This document shows positions 20,323-30,942 of a DNA stretch of 64,000 nucleotides, in pieces. Below the pieces are notes generated by a model. It was not told where the DNA came from and did no database searches. It worked only from the letters and a program-made list of their open reading frames with translations. The stretch comes from an uncultured Bacteroidales bacterium (lineage in GTDB: Bacteria > Bacteroidota > Bacteroidia > Bacteroidales > VadinHA17), in contig CAVRYU010000009.1 in NCBI GenBank assembly GCA_963725585.1, positions 413,070-477,069 of the forward strand, in the 5' to 3' direction. A program made the position numbers and the translations under genes. Every line of letters begins with the position of its first letter. Positions within the stretch are counted from its first letter, which is position 1.

Positions 20323-21605
20323 TTCCGAGCGATTTTAAACGTATTGTAACTGCGTTCTTATGGCCATGCAAAAGTTCGGCCTCAGCCATCTTCTCGATGA
20401 CAGGTCCAAGGTTTCTTAGGCCTTCAGCAGAAATCTCCTGGAATGTTATTTTTTTCACAAAGCTATCCACTGAAACACCGCCGAAACTCTTTGCACTGCC
20501 AGCTGTTGGCAGTGTATGGTTTGTTCCTGAAGCATAGTCTCCGGCACTTTCGCAGCTGTATTTTCCAAGGAACACTGATCCCGGCATTTGTAACCTGTCC
20601 CGCAAGCAATGATGGATCGGATGTTGAGATTATAAGATGCTCCGGGGCATAAAGGTTGCTCAGTTCAATACAATCCTGGAGTGAGTTTAGGAGAATCAGG
20701 GAGCTGTTTTCAAGCGACTTAAGAGCTATCTCTTTTCTGGGTAAAAGATCTACCTGTTTATGGATTTCAGCTTCAATTGCATTTATCAGCTCCGAATTAT
20801 CTGTCAGCATGATTACCTGGCTGTCGGTTCCGTGTTCAGCCTGGGACAGGAGATCCGAAGCAACAAATGACGGGTCAGCATATCTATCAGCAATTACAAG
20901 GACCTCGCTTGGTCCGGCTGGCATATCAATCGCGATCCCGTCGAGCTGAACCATCTCCTTTGCTTTCGTAACATACTGGTTCCCCGGACCAAAAATCTTA
21001 TCAGCTTTTGGTACGGATTCTGTACCAAAAGCCATTGCTGCTATAGCCTGGGCACCACCGATCCTGAAGATATCCGTGACCCCTGCAATGTGTGCTGCAT
21101 ATAATATTAGCGGATTTACATCTCCGGTCTTGTCGGGAGGTGTACAGAGGATAATCTCCCGGCACCCGGCTATTTTTGCCGGCACAGCCAGCATGAGAAC
21201 AGTTGAAAACAGCGGAGCAGTGCCACCGGGGATATATAATCCGACACTTCTGATCGGTACATTCTTTCTCCAGCAATTTACTCCTTTTGTCGTCTCAACA
21301 ACCTGTTCATTATTTAGTTGTGGCCTGTGAAATTTTTCAATATTGGATTTCGCAACATCGATTGCATCTTTTAAAGCAGATGGTACTTTATCAGCTGATT
21401 CTGCAATTTCAGAACTTTGCACTCTCAGATTTTTAAGTGAGACGCCGTCAAATTTCTCTGATAATTCAAAAATCGCTCTGTCGCCCGAGCTTTTTACCTG
21501 GCGCAAAATAGCGGAAACAGTCTCCTCGAGTCCCGACCGGTCCAAAGAGGGACGTTTACAGAGGGAATCCCATTTATCCCTTTCCGGGTATTGAATGATT
21601 TTCAT
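20315..21605 (-). pseudogene. hisD: Histidinol dehydrogenase, one frameshift as assembled
   Basis: The 380-aa frame is HisD up to ..LLAGQVTNAG and then turns to nonsense. The other frame continues SVFLGKYSCESAGDYASGTNHTLPT... The frames join with one extra base in gccgggatcagtg (about 20575-20590). Confidence 0.9.
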
Positions 21606-22462
21606 TACAATATCATTTTCTCGATAGGTATTACAAGTATTCCTTCAGCTCCTGCATTTTTAAGCTGGTTGATCCTGTCCCAGAATTCGTCCTCCTTAAC
21701 TACAGAGTGTATACTGCACCAGCCTTTTTCCTCGAGCGGCAGGATTGTAGGACTTTTTACACCGGGAAGGATTTTACAGATATCGTGCAACGCTTCAAGC
21801 GGAGCATTAAGAAGTATGTATTTATTTTCCTTTGCGTTTTTTACAGCTCTGATCCTGAAGAGAAGCTTATCCAGAATACTCTGTTTCTTTGAATCAAGGT
21901 TTTTATTAGAGATAATAACTGCCTGACTTTTCAGAATGGTGCTGACTTCACATAATCCATTGGTCATCAAAGTACTGCCGGAGCTGACAATATCGCACAC
22001 AGCATCTGCCAGACCGATCCCGGGTGCTATTTCAACGCTTCCGCTGATCTCTTCTATTTCAGCATTGATATTGTTTTCTTTAAGATATTCAGTAAGAAGC
22101 CTGGGATAACTGGTTGCAATTTTTTTGTTCATAAAATATTCAGGACCAGTGAAGGTTGATTCTTTGGGAATTGCAAGGCTCAAACGGCAATGTGCGAAAC
22201 CCAGTTGTTCAAGTATTGATACATCCTTATTTTTTTCGAGAACCATGTTCTCACCAAGAATCCCTATATCGGCAACCTGTTGTTCGACATACTGGGGGAT
22301 ATCATCATCCCGTAAGAACAGAATTTCGACAGGGAAATTTACAGCGTTAGTCTTAAGGACGTCAGTGCCATTAGAAAATTTTATCCCGCACTCTTCCAAT
22401 AGTTTATGGGAGTTCTCGCTTAACCGGCCTTTTTTCTGGATCGCAATTTTAAGTTTGCTCAT
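21605..22462 (-). CDS. hisG: ATP phosphoribosyltransferase (long form)
   Basis: 285 aa (MSKLKIAIQKKGRLSE...). It is the first gene of the his operon. Its TAA overlaps the hisD ATG (TAATG). Confidence 0.9.
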   Translation of the reverse strand: MSKLKIAIQKKGRLSENSHKLLEECGIKFSNGTDVLKTNAVNFPVEILFLRDDDIPQYVEQQVADIGILGENMVLEKNKDVSILEQLGFAHCRLSLAIPKESTFTGPEYFMNKKIATSYPRLLTEYLKENNINAEIEEISGSVEIAPGIGLADAVCDIVSSGSTLMTNGLCEVSTILKSQAVIISNKNLDSKKQSILDKLLFRIRAVKNAKENKYILLNAPLEALHDICKILPGVKSPTILPLEEKGWCSIHSVVKEDEFWDRINQLKNAGAEGILVIPIEKMIL

Positions 22463-22500
22463 TTTTATTTTTGTTTAATCCGGGCAAACCATCGGGGAAT

Positions 22501-22530
22501 AAAAAACCCGTCAGATCTGCTCAGACGGGT
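22501..22530 (-). terminator. Intrinsic terminator of the His attenuator, about 38 nt upstream of hisG
   Basis: The minus strand reads ACCCGTCTGAgcagaTCAGACGGGTtttttt: a 10-bp perfect stem plus a U-tract. Confidence 0.85.
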
Positions 22531-22561
22531 TATGATATTTTGATACAACTACATATCACTT

Positions 22562-22618
22562 TCATTTCGCCTGAGAGCAAGGATGAAAATGGTGATGATG
22601 TAATTGAAATTGATACAT
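22562..22618 (-). CDS. His leader peptide MYQFQLHHHHFHPCSQAK
   Basis: 18-codon ORF with 5 His codons (HHHHFH). It lies between a TAnnTTTG box and the terminator. Confidence 0.85.
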   Translation of the reverse strand: MYQFQLHHHHFHPCSQAK

Positions 22619-22638
22619 ATATATTATGATTCTAAATG

Positions 22639-22646
22639 CAAAGATA
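22639..22646 (-). promoter_or_regulatory. Bacteroidota -7 promoter box (TATCTTTG) for the his leader
   Basis: Matches TAnnTTTG, 20 nt upstream of the leader ATG. Confidence 0.55.
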
Positions 22647-22712
22647 TTAAAATATTACTAATTGTCAATTTAATACGTTAAAAAGTTGTAGCGACGCGCA
22701 ATTGTAAAAGTT

Positions 22713-22741
22713 GTAGAGACGCGCAATTTGCACGTCTCTAC
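22713..22741 (-). terminator. Stem-loop downstream of leuB (candidate terminator of the ilv-leu operon)
   Basis: GTAGAGACGcgcaatttgcaCGTCTCTAC is a 9-bp stem. On the minus strand it is followed by aactttta. A related half-copy sits at 22686-22705. Confidence 0.45.
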
Positions 22742-22810
22742 TATTATACCCATTTATAGCTTCTTTACTTCGAAACCATTTCTGCTTGTTTGAAACTATT
22801 TCTGCTTGTT

Positions 22811-23872
22811 TCAAACCCGCTCTGCTACCAGATCACCAACCTCAGTGGTTGAAAATCCCATCTTCCCGGCACCGAGGTCCTTTAACTTATTGGCAGTCAC
22901 ATCCATGATGGCATTCTCAATAGCCTGCGCTGCTTTTGCTTCTCCAAGATGCTCAAGCATCATTGCTCCGCATGCAATGGCTGCCAGAGGATTGATAACA
23001 TTCATTCCGGTGTATTTCGGGGCCGATCCGCCAATAGGCTCAAACATCGAAACTCCCTCAGGATTAATGTTTCCTCCTGCAGCGATCCCCATCCCTCCCT
23101 GGGTTATTGCCCCGAGATCAGTGATGATATCCCCGAACATATTTGTTGTAACTATTACATCAAACCATTCAGGATTTTTGACCATCCACATACATGTTGC
23201 ATCAACATGATAATATTCCCTCTTAATATCCGGAAAATCGGTTTGTCCCATTTCATGAAATGCCCTTTCCCAGAGATCAAAAACATATGTCAGGACATTG
23301 GTCTTACCGCAAAGTGCCAAAGTCTTTTTCCTGTTTCTTTTCCTTGTGAATTCAAAAGCATATCTTAAACACCGGTCAACCTGAAAACGGTTATATACCA
23401 TATTCTGAATCGCAACTTCATGTGCGGTACCCTTCATGGTAACTCCTCCGCTTCCTGTATATACATCTCCTGTATTTTCCCTGACAACCACATAATCAAT
23501 ATGTTCCGGACCCTTGTCCCTGAGAGGCGTGGCAACACCAGGGTATAGTTTAATCGGACGAAGATTAATATACTGATCGAGCTCAAAACGAAGCTTTAGA
23601 AGAATTCCCTTTTCAAGAATTCCCGGTTTCACATCAGGATGCCCGATTGCACCAAGGAAAATTGAATCAAATTTTCTGAGTTGTTCCGGTGCCGATTCTG
23701 GTAAAACTTCCCCGGTCCTGAGATAACGATCTCCTCCGAAATCAAATTCCTCGAAATTGAGCTTAAAACCGTATTTTGAAGCAGCGGCACTCAGTACTTT
23801 TCTTCCCTCTCTTACCACCTCCGGGCCCGTTCCGTCACCAGGGATGGCTGCAATATTGTAAGTTTTGTTCAT
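22811..23872 (-). CDS. leuB: 3-isopropylmalate dehydrogenase
   Basis: 353 aa (IAAIPGDGTGPEV..., NMFGDIITDLGA, GSAPKY). Confidence 0.9.
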   Translation of the reverse strand: MNKTYNIAAIPGDGTGPEVVREGRKVLSAAASKYGFKLNFEEFDFGGDRYLRTGEVLPESAPEQLRKFDSIFLGAIGHPDVKPGILEKGILLKLRFELDQYINLRPIKLYPGVATPLRDKGPEHIDYVVVRENTGDVYTGSGGVTMKGTAHEVAIQNMVYNRFQVDRCLRYAFEFTRKRNRKKTLALCGKTNVLTYVFDLWERAFHEMGQTDFPDIKREYYHVDATCMWMVKNPEWFDVIVTTNMFGDIITDLGAITQGGMGIAAGGNINPEGVSMFEPIGGSAPKYTGMNVINPLAAIACGAMMLEHLGEAKAAQAIENAIMDVTANKLKDLGAGKMGFSTTEVGDLVAERV

Positions 23873-23892
23873 GCGGTTATTTTTTCAGATTA

Positions 23893-25476
23893 TTATTCAT
23901 TATGATTTTTAGCAATTATTGTATCGCCAATTCTGATCTCGCTGTTCTCAACTATATTCAGCATTTTTTCGGTAGCCTTTATTGCCGATTCAGTCTGATC
24001 CGCATCAAGCCCCTTCGTCCTGAATTCCCTGTTTTTGAAATTCCAGGTAATTACAGTCTCAACCAGGGCATCAGTCTTGCCTCCCGGAGGAATTGAAACT
24101 TCATAATCTGTAAGTGTGGGAAGCTCTTTTCCAAGCCTGTCATAAATGACCCTGATGGCTTTCATAAAAGCATCATACTGACCGTCACCTGAAGAAGTCT
24201 CCTGGTAAATGCTGCCGTCTATTTCGATCTGAACGCTTGCGAAGGGTTTCAAACCAAATGACAGGGAAAGCGAATAGTTCTTTATAAAAATTTTGTAATC
24301 AGCTCTGTCGTTTCCAAGCACATCAGATATTATAAATGGCAGATCCTCGGGTGTGACATTTTCCTTTTTATCCCCAAGTTCAATTACCCGCTGAGTGACC
24401 TTTGCCAGGGATTCAGGATTCAGATCGAGTCCGAATTCTTCAAGATTTTTTTTGATGGTGGCTTTTCCCGATTGCTTGCCAAGTGCATATTTCCTTTTTC
24501 TTCCAAATCTTTCGGGAAGGAGGTTATTATAATAAAGGTTGTCCTTGGAATCTCCGTCAGCATGCACTCCGGACGTCTGTGTGAAAACATTTTCACCTAT
24601 TACCGGCTTGTTTACCGGGATCCTAATACCACTGAATGTTTCTACAATTTTACTGGCTTTTGTTATTTCAAATTCATTAACCCCGGTTTCAACTTTAAGC
24701 TGATCGTGCAGAACACCTATAACACTTGAAAGAGGGGCATTCCCTGCTCTTTCTCCCAAACCATTGATGGTTGTATGAACTCCTTTAATGCCTGTTCTCA
24801 CTGCCGAATATATGTTGGCAACTGCCAGATCATAGTCATTATGAGGATGGAAATCAAAATGCTGTGAAGGATATTTGTCAACCATTTTTTTGCAGAAAGA
24901 GTATGTTTGATCCGGATTCAGAATTCCAAGTGTATCCGGAAGCATAAATCTGACGATTCTTTCATCTCTGAGACTATCGAGCATATAGAATACATAATCT
25001 TCTGAACTGATCATGCCGTTCGACCAGTCTTCGAGGTATATATTTACCTGCATATCAAGTCCTTCAGCCCTTTTGATGATGCCCTTTATGTCATTTACAT
25101 GCTGCTCAGGGGTTTTGCGCAGTTGTTTTTCGAGATGCCTTAATGATCCTTTGCAGAGCAGGTTGATAACTTTTCCTCCGGCGTCATGGATCCAGTTGAT
25201 TGAAATATCCCCATCTATAAATCCAAGAACTTCAACTTTTTCCTGGAAATTATTACGCCGGGCCCACCTTGTGATCATTTTAAGAGCTTCAATTTCCCCG
25301 ATGGAAACCCGCGCCGAGGCAACCTCGATGCGGTCGACTTTCACTTCTTTTAATAAAAATGCTGCTATGTGAAGTTTTTCAACCGGAGAATAAGAAATAC
25401 CCTGCATTTGTTCGCCATCCCTGAGGGTGGTATCCATTATTTCAATTCTCATTTTATTCCTTTTTTCCTGTTTCAA
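23893..25476 (-). CDS. 2-isopropylmalate synthase paralog, (R)-citramalate synthase-like
   Basis: 527 aa. It has the DRE-TIM core ([23 protein letters not shown]) and a LeuA-dimer regulatory C-terminus. It is a second LeuA-family gene in the same operon as the 497-aa leuA. Confidence 0.7.
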   Translation of the reverse strand: MKQEKRNKMRIEIMDTTLRDGEQMQGISYSPVEKLHIAAFLLKEVKVDRIEVASARVSIGEIEALKMITRWARRNNFQEKVEVLGFIDGDISINWIHDAGGKVINLLCKGSLRHLEKQLRKTPEQHVNDIKGIIKRAEGLDMQVNIYLEDWSNGMISSEDYVFYMLDSLRDERIVRFMLPDTLGILNPDQTYSFCKKMVDKYPSQHFDFHPHNDYDLAVANIYSAVRTGIKGVHTTINGLGERAGNAPLSSVIGVLHDQLKVETGVNEFEITKASKIVETFSGIRIPVNKPVIGENVFTQTSGVHADGDSKDNLYYNNLLPERFGRKRKYALGKQSGKATIKKNLEEFGLDLNPESLAKVTQRVIELGDKKENVTPEDLPFIISDVLGNDRADYKIFIKNYSLSLSFGLKPFASVQIEIDGSIYQETSSGDGQYDAFMKAIRVIYDRLGKELPTLTDYEVSIPPGGKTDALVETVITWNFKNREFRTKGLDADQTESAIKATEKMLNIVENSEIRIGDTIIAKNHNE

Positions 25477-26050
25477 ATGAAGTTATCAGATCTTTTTTAC
25501 TGAGAAGATAGTCTATGTCGTCGAGACCTTTTAACATGCACTCTTTTTTATATGGATTTATTTCAAATATGACCGATTCACCGTCCGGAAGAATGGTAAT
25601 AGATTGTTTTTCAAGATTTATCCTTATCAGAGATCCGGGTTCCTTTTGAATAATAAAGAGAAGGTTATTAAGGAATTTTTCAGGAACTACAACAGGAAGC
25701 AATCCGTTGTTAAGGGCATTATTTTTGAAAATATCAGCAAAAAAGCTTGAGATCACAGCCCTGAACCCATAATCATATATTGCCCACACAGCATGCTCAC
25801 GGCTTGATCCGCTGCCGAAATTCTTACCTGCCACAAGTATTTTACCGTTGTATCTTTTATCGTTAAGGACAAATTCCATATTTCTGTTTCCGGTCTTTTC
25901 GTATCGCCAGTCGCGGAAAAGATTTTCACCAAACCCTTCCCTTGAAGTTGCACTGAGGAACCGTGCCGGAATTATCTGATCGGTATCCACATTTTCAAGA
26001 GGCAACGGGACACATGTTGATTCAAGTATATTGAATTTTTCTTTTGGCAT
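25454..26050 (-). CDS. leuD: 3-isopropylmalate dehydratase small subunit
   Basis: 198 aa (DTDQIIPARFL, GKNFGSGSSREHA). Confidence 0.9.
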   Translation of the reverse strand: MPKEKFNILESTCVPLPLENVDTDQIIPARFLSATSREGFGENLFRDWRYEKTGNRNMEFVLNDKRYNGKILVAGKNFGSGSSREHAVWAIYDYGFRAVISSFFADIFKNNALNNGLLPVVVPEKFLNNLLFIIQKEPGSLIRINLEKQSITILPDGESVIFEINPYKKECMLKGLDDIDYLLSKKDLITSFETGKKE

Positions 26051-26076
26051 TTCGTTTTTCTATTATTCAGTTTATA

Positions 26077-27483
26077 TTAATCAATGAATTCGCGGGGATC
26101 TGTTATTCTTCCTGTTATCGCAGCAGCAGCAGCTGTCAACGGACTTGCAAGAAGGGTTCTTGCCCCGGGTCCCTGGCGCCCTTCAAAATTTCTGTTTGTC
26201 GTTGAAACAGCATATTTGCCTGAAGGGATTTTATCTTCGTTCATCGCAAGACAGGAGGAACATCCGGGTTGTCTTAACTCAAAACCCGCCTTATTCAGGA
26301 TTCTGTCGAGGCCCTCATCGATTGCCTGCTTTTCAACTGCCTTTGATCCTGGAACAATAAGAGCAGTAATGTTTGCAGCTTTCTTTTTACCCTTAACCAG
26401 GTTTGTAAAGGCTCTTAAATCTTCAATCCTGCCGTTTGTGCAGCTGCCAAGAAAAACATAATCAACAGGGTGCCCAAGAAGTTTCATCCCCGGGACAAAT
26501 CCCATATAGTCGAGAGATTTAAGGAATGAAACAGAATCCTCAGAGCTTATATCATCCGTTGTAGGGATTGAATCATCTATTGCTATTCCCATTCCAGGAT
26601 TTGTACCAAATGTTATCATTGGTCTGATATGGTTCCCGTTAAACTCCAGTTCGCGGTCAAACAGGGCTTCAGGATCGCTCTTTAATTCTTTCCGACTAAG
26701 AAGAAGTGAATTCCAGTCGAAACCTTCGGGAAATGATGGCAACTCTTTAAGATATCTGAAAGTTGTTTCATCAGGAGCGATTAGACCACCCCGGGCTCCC
26801 ATTTCGATACTCATATTGCAGATCGTCATCCTTCCCTCCATTGTCAGGTCGCTGATAACAGATCCCGTATATTCAACAAAATAACCTGTAGCTCCTCCGG
26901 TTGATATCTGAGATATGACATACATGATAATATCTTTTGAAGTCACACCCTTTTGAAGTATTCCGTTGATGGTAATCTTCATTTTTTTGGGCTTGGGCTG
27001 AAGGATACACTGGGTAGCAAGAACCATTTCAACTTCGCTTGTACCGATTCCGAATGCGATGGCTCCAAAAGCACCATGTGTTGAAGTGTGACTGTCGCCG
27101 CAGACAATAGTCATACCCGGCCTCGTATATCCAAGTTCCGGACCTATTACATGCACTATTCCGTTTTTGGGATGATTCAGACCAAATAATTCTATTCCGT
27201 AATTCCTGCAGTTTTCGGCAAGCCTGTCGACCTGGTTCCTTGAAAGTTCTTCCCTGATAGGCTTATCCTGATTTTCAGTTGGAATATTATGATCCGCTGT
27301 AGCCAGTGTCTTCCCCGGTCTGAATACGGGTATTCCTCTTTCCTTCAAGCCATTGAATGCCTGAGGGCTTGTCACTTCATGAATGTAGTGCTGATCGATG
27401 TAAAGGACATCAGGTCCATTTTCTATCGACTGAACTACATGTGAATCCCAGATCTTATCAAAAAGTGTTTTCGGTTCCATCAT
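26077..27483 (-). CDS. leuC: 3-isopropylmalate dehydratase large subunit
   Basis: 468 aa aconitase-family protein ([47 protein letters not shown]). Confidence 0.9.
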   Translation of the reverse strand: MMEPKTLFDKIWDSHVVQSIENGPDVLYIDQHYIHEVTSPQAFNGLKERGIPVFRPGKTLATADHNIPTENQDKPIREELSRNQVDRLAENCRNYGIELFGLNHPKNGIVHVIGPELGYTRPGMTIVCGDSHTSTHGAFGAIAFGIGTSEVEMVLATQCILQPKPKKMKITINGILQKGVTSKDIIMYVISQISTGGATGYFVEYTGSVISDLTMEGRMTICNMSIEMGARGGLIAPDETTFRYLKELPSFPEGFDWNSLLLSRKELKSDPEALFDRELEFNGNHIRPMITFGTNPGMGIAIDDSIPTTDDISSEDSVSFLKSLDYMGFVPGMKLLGHPVDYVFLGSCTNGRIEDLRAFTNLVKGKKKAANITALIVPGSKAVEKQAIDEGLDRILNKAGFELRQPGCSSCLAMNEDKIPSGKYAVSTTNRNFEGRQGPGARTLLASPLTAAAAAITGRITDPREFID

Positions 27484-27496
27484 TTCTTTTTCTTAT

Positions 27497-27594
27497 CTCA
27501 GTGGAACTCTGTGTCTCCTCAGTGGAACTCTGTGTAATGTTTTTATAAGAATTTACACAGAGAAACACAGAGAAGTCACAGAGGAACACAGAGG
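27497..27594. repeat. Simple-sequence hairpin element inside the operon (leuA-leuC spacer)
   Basis: The left arm is a tandem tc(t/c)tcagtggaactctgtgt x2. The right arm is four roughly 10-nt units containing cacagag (tacacagagaaacacagagaagtcacagaggaacacagagg), the reverse complement of ctctgtg. Confidence 0.8.
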
Positions 27595-27602
27595 TTTTCC
27601 GT

Positions 27603-29096
27603 TTATTTGATCTTGGATATTGCATCTATAAATGCTTCTACTGAAGCGGTTACTATATCAACATTTGCAGAGAAGCCGTAATAAATCTTTCCCTCGTGTT
27701 CTATCTGGATATGGACCTTCCCGATATCATCGCTTCCTTTTGTTATTGCCTGTATAAGGAACTCCTCGAGATGAACTGTTTTACTGATAAGGTGCTTTAC
27801 TGCCGCAAAGGCAGCATCGATTGGTCCGTTTCCTGAAGCTGTTGAGGTATGTACCTCCCCGTTTATTCTTATTCCCACTGTTGCAACAGGTATGGCTGAT
27901 TTTCCGCATGTAACCTGGAGAAGCTCAAGCTTAAGAGACTTTTCTCCTGAAAAGACTTCTCCGGAGAGAATTCTGAGGTCCTCGTCATTGATCTCCTTTT
28001 TCTTGTCGGCAAGTGTAAGAAAACGGTGATAAATATCATCAAGTTCCTCCTTACCGAAATTATAACCCAGTGTTTCAAGCCTGTGATTGAGAGCCGCCCT
28101 TCCGCTTCTCGCAGTCAGGATAATTGATGATTCCTTTATTCCAACCTCATGAGGATCAATTATCTCGTAATTTTCCCTGTACTTAAGGACTCCATCCTGG
28201 TGAATTCCTGAAGAGTGAGAAAAGGCATTCCTGCCAACAATCGCTTTGTTAGGCTGGACGGGCATGCTCATAAGTGTTGATACGAGTCTGCTTGTGCTGA
28301 AAATTAGCTTTGAATTAATGTCCGTTTTAAGGTTCATTGAGTGATGGCTTTTGAGGATCATTGCCACCTCTTCGAGCGATGTGTTTCCAGCCCTTTCACC
28401 AATACCGTTCATAGTCACTTCAACCTGCCGTGCTCCGTTCAATACTCCCATTATAGTGTTTGCGGTTGCCATACCAAGGTCGTTATGACAATGCGTCGAG
28501 ATGGTTGCTTTATTAATATTTGAGACATTTTCCTTAAGAAACCTGATCTTTTCCCCATACTCTTCCGGAAGGCAGTATCCTGTTGTATCAGGTATATTCA
28601 CCACTGTTGCACCTGCCTTTATGACTGCCTCGATGACCTTTGCAAGATATTCGTTTTCACTTCTTCCCGCGTCTTCAGCATAAAACTCAACATCTTCCAC
28701 AAATTTACGGGCATATTTTACAGCATCGACAGCTCTTTTAAGTATCTCCTCAGGTGTTGTCCTGATTTTATACTTTATGTGATAGGGAGATGTACCGATA
28801 CCGGTGTGTATCCTCTTCTTTTTTGCATACTGGAGCGCTTCGGCAGCCACTTCAATATCTTTCTTCACAGCTCTTGTAAGAGCGCATATTACCGGATTTG
28901 AGATAGCTTTTGATATTTCAACGACGGATTTGAAATCACCCGGACTGGAAATCGGGAATCCGGCTTCAATTACATCGACACCGAGAGCTTCAAGTGCCTG
29001 CGCTACCTGGATTTTTTCAACGGTGTTCAGCTGGCAGCCTGGCACCTGCTCCCCGTCCCTCAGGGTAGTATCGAAAATGATTACTTTGTCTTCCAT
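27603..29096 (-). CDS. leuA: 2-isopropylmalate synthase
   Basis: 497 aa ([24 protein letters not shown]-terminal regulatory domain). Confidence 0.9.
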   Translation of the reverse strand: MEDKVIIFDTTLRDGEQVPGCQLNTVEKIQVAQALEALGVDVIEAGFPISSPGDFKSVVEISKAISNPVICALTRAVKKDIEVAAEALQYAKKKRIHTGIGTSPYHIKYKIRTTPEEILKRAVDAVKYARKFVEDVEFYAEDAGRSENEYLAKVIEAVIKAGATVVNIPDTTGYCLPEEYGEKIRFLKENVSNINKATISTHCHNDLGMATANTIMGVLNGARQVEVTMNGIGERAGNTSLEEVAMILKSHHSMNLKTDINSKLIFSTSRLVSTLMSMPVQPNKAIVGRNAFSHSSGIHQDGVLKYRENYEIIDPHEVGIKESSIILTARSGRAALNHRLETLGYNFGKEELDDIYHRFLTLADKKKEINDEDLRILSGEVFSGEKSLKLELLQVTCGKSAIPVATVGIRINGEVHTSTASGNGPIDAAFAAVKHLISKTVHLEEFLIQAITKGSDDIGKVHIQIEHEGKIYYGFSANVDIVTASVEAFIDAISKIK

Positions 29097-29115
29097 AATT
29101 GCTTGATTATGATTA

Positions 29116-30162
29116 TTATTTAACCGGTCTCAGTTTTCTGACTGCAGACCCTGTTCTCCATAATTCAGAGTTTCCTAGTTCCTTTAATTCAGCATCGAGT
29201 ACCTCTTTATAATTTGGAGCACCCGTTGAATTTAAGACTCTGACGCACTCTTCGCCTGACTTCACTTTATTATAAAGATCTTTAAAAACCGGGAGAACGG
29301 CATCCCTGAACTTTGGTCTCCAGTCGAGTGCCCCGCGCTGTGCAGTGGCGCTGCAGTTGGAGTACATCCAGTCCATTCCTTTTTCGTCAACAAGCCGGAT
29401 AAGGCTCTGGGTCAGCTCTTCGACAGTCTCATTAAAGGCTTCTGACGGAGAGTGTCCGTTATCGCGCAATACCTTATACTGGGCATCCATGATTCCTGCA
29501 AGAGCTCCCATTAGCACACCTCTTTCTCCAGTAAGATCCGAGAATACCTCTTTTTCAAAAGTTGTCGGGAAGAGATATCCTGACCCGATTGCTATGCCAA
29601 GAGCAATTATACGGTCAGTAGCCCTTCCGGTGAAATCCTGAAAGACGGAAAAGCTTGAATTTATTCCGGCACCTGCAATAAAATTACGTCTGACACTTGT
29701 CCCGGAACCTTTAGGTGCACAAAGAATCACATCTATATCTTCAGGAGGGATTACGCCTGTATGCTCTTTGTATGTAATTGAGAAACCATGTGAAAAATAG
29801 AGTGCATCTCCTTTTTTAAGGCATGGTTTCAGCCTGGGCCAGAGAATTCTCTGGGCAGCATCTGAAACCAGATATTGAATGATGGTCCCTTTTGTGGCAG
29901 CTTCCTCAACTGTGAAAAGCGTTTTTCCGGGAACAAACCCGTCAGCAACAGCTTTGTCCCAGTCGGCTTTGAATTCGGGTGCCTGACCGATAATTACATT
30001 TATGCCATTATCTTTCATGTTAAGGGCCTGCGCGGGTCCCTGCACTCCATAACCTATTACTGCAACAAGTTCGTTTTTAAGCACTTCACGTGCTTTTGAC
30101 AGTGGAAACTCATCGCGTGTTACAACTTCTTCAAGAACTCCGCCGAAATCAATTTTTGCCAT
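29116..30162 (-). CDS. ilvC: Ketol-acid reductoisomerase (class I)
   Basis: 348 aa ([21 protein letters not shown]...). Confidence 0.9.
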   Translation of the reverse strand: MAKIDFGGVLEEVVTRDEFPLSKAREVLKNELVAVIGYGVQGPAQALNMKDNGINVIIGQAPEFKADWDKAVADGFVPGKTLFTVEEAATKGTIIQYLVSDAAQRILWPRLKPCLKKGDALYFSHGFSITYKEHTGVIPPEDIDVILCAPKGSGTSVRRNFIAGAGINSSFSVFQDFTGRATDRIIALGIAIGSGYLFPTTFEKEVFSDLTGERGVLMGALAGIMDAQYKVLRDNGHSPSEAFNETVEELTQSLIRLVDEKGMDWMYSNCSATAQRGALDWRPKFRDAVLPVFKDLYNKVKSGEECVRVLNSTGAPNYKEVLDAELKELGNSELWRTGSAVRKLRPVK

Positions 30163-30222
30163 GGTTAATAATTTTATGTTTGTAAATGCTTTAAATATTT
30201 TTTTCGTTTCATTTGGTTTTTC

Positions 30223-30285
30223 GCCCCCCTTCCCCCCTGAAGGGGGGTTGAAAGCTTTTTAAGCCCCCTTTAGGGGGTTGGGGGC
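30223..30285. repeat. C/G-run nested-hairpin repeat, type 2 (copy H), ilvN-ilvC spacer, overlapping the ilvN 3' end
   Basis: GCCCCCC tt CCCCCC tgaa GGGGGG ttgaaagctttttaag CCCCC ttta GGGGG tt GGGGGC. The last ilvN codons (..LPPTP*) are read from the repeat. Confidence 0.85.
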
Positions 30286-30839
30286 AAAATAAACTCATCC
30301 GGTTTATACTGATTTGCTTCATCCATCTCCTCCAGATATGCATTAAGCTCCTTAACCTGTCTTGTAATAGCAACCCGTCCTGACCTTACGAACTGTAATA
30401 CACCGCTTGGCTGAAGCACATGAAGCAGATCATTTATCTGTGATTTATGTCCGGTTTTTTCAATTACAATATATTCAGGAGAGACTTCAAGAATCCTGGC
30501 ATTATGGTCGCGGACTATAAGGTCGATCATATTGCCCGACATCAGCCCTGTTGTTTTTACCTTGTAAAGTGCAAGTTCCTGATATACTATCTCATCGGAA
30601 GTATGGACGAACACTTTCAGAACATCAACAAGCTTCTGCATCTGACGGGCAACTTTCTGAACCATTTCAGCGGTTGCCTTTACAACAAGGGTAAGCATCT
30701 GAACGCCTTTGACTGCAGATTCGGAGGCTGTGATGCTCTCGATGTTAATCTGTCTTCTTGTCAGAATAATGGTTATCTGGCTCAGGATGCCTATGTGATC
30801 CTCCGTAAAAAGAGATATTGTAAATTCCTGTTTATTCAT
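30270..30839 (-). CDS. ilvN: Acetolactate synthase small (regulatory) subunit
   Basis: The ACT domain starts MNKQEFTISLFTEDHIGILSQITIILTRRQINIESI. The ATG is at 30839. The 30875 start in the track is a TTG lying inside repeat copy I. Confidence 0.85.
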   Translation of the reverse strand: MNKQEFTISLFTEDHIGILSQITIILTRRQINIESITASESAVKGVQMLTLVVKATAEMVQKVARQMQKLVDVLKVFVHTSDEIVYQELALYKVKTTGLMSGNMIDLIVRDHNARILEVSPEYIVIEKTGHKSQINDLLHVLQPSGVLQFVRSGRVAITRQVKELNAYLEEMDEANQYKPDEFILPPTP

Positions 30840-30867
30840 AATTATATTTTCTTTTCTCTTGTTAACA

Positions 30868-30934
30868 CCCCCCAACCCCCCCGGAGGGGGGCAAAATTCT
30901 GTTGGGAATTAACTCCCCTTCAGGGGATGAGGGG
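30868..30934. repeat. C/G-run nested-hairpin repeat, type 2 (copy I), ilvB-ilvN spacer
   Basis: CCCCCC aa CCCCCCC gga GGGGGG ...(23 nt)... CCCC ttca GGGG atga GGGG. Confidence 0.8.
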
Positions 30935-30942
30935 TATTTGCT

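Noticed and set aside
30839-30875. N-terminal extensions offered by the ORF track (ilvN 30875, aroA 11095, aminotransferase 14309, esterase 38546, SusC fragment 441)
   Set aside because: These start at TTG or GTG codons, run into repeats or the preceding gene, and add non-homologous residues. Downstream ATGs give canonical N-termini.
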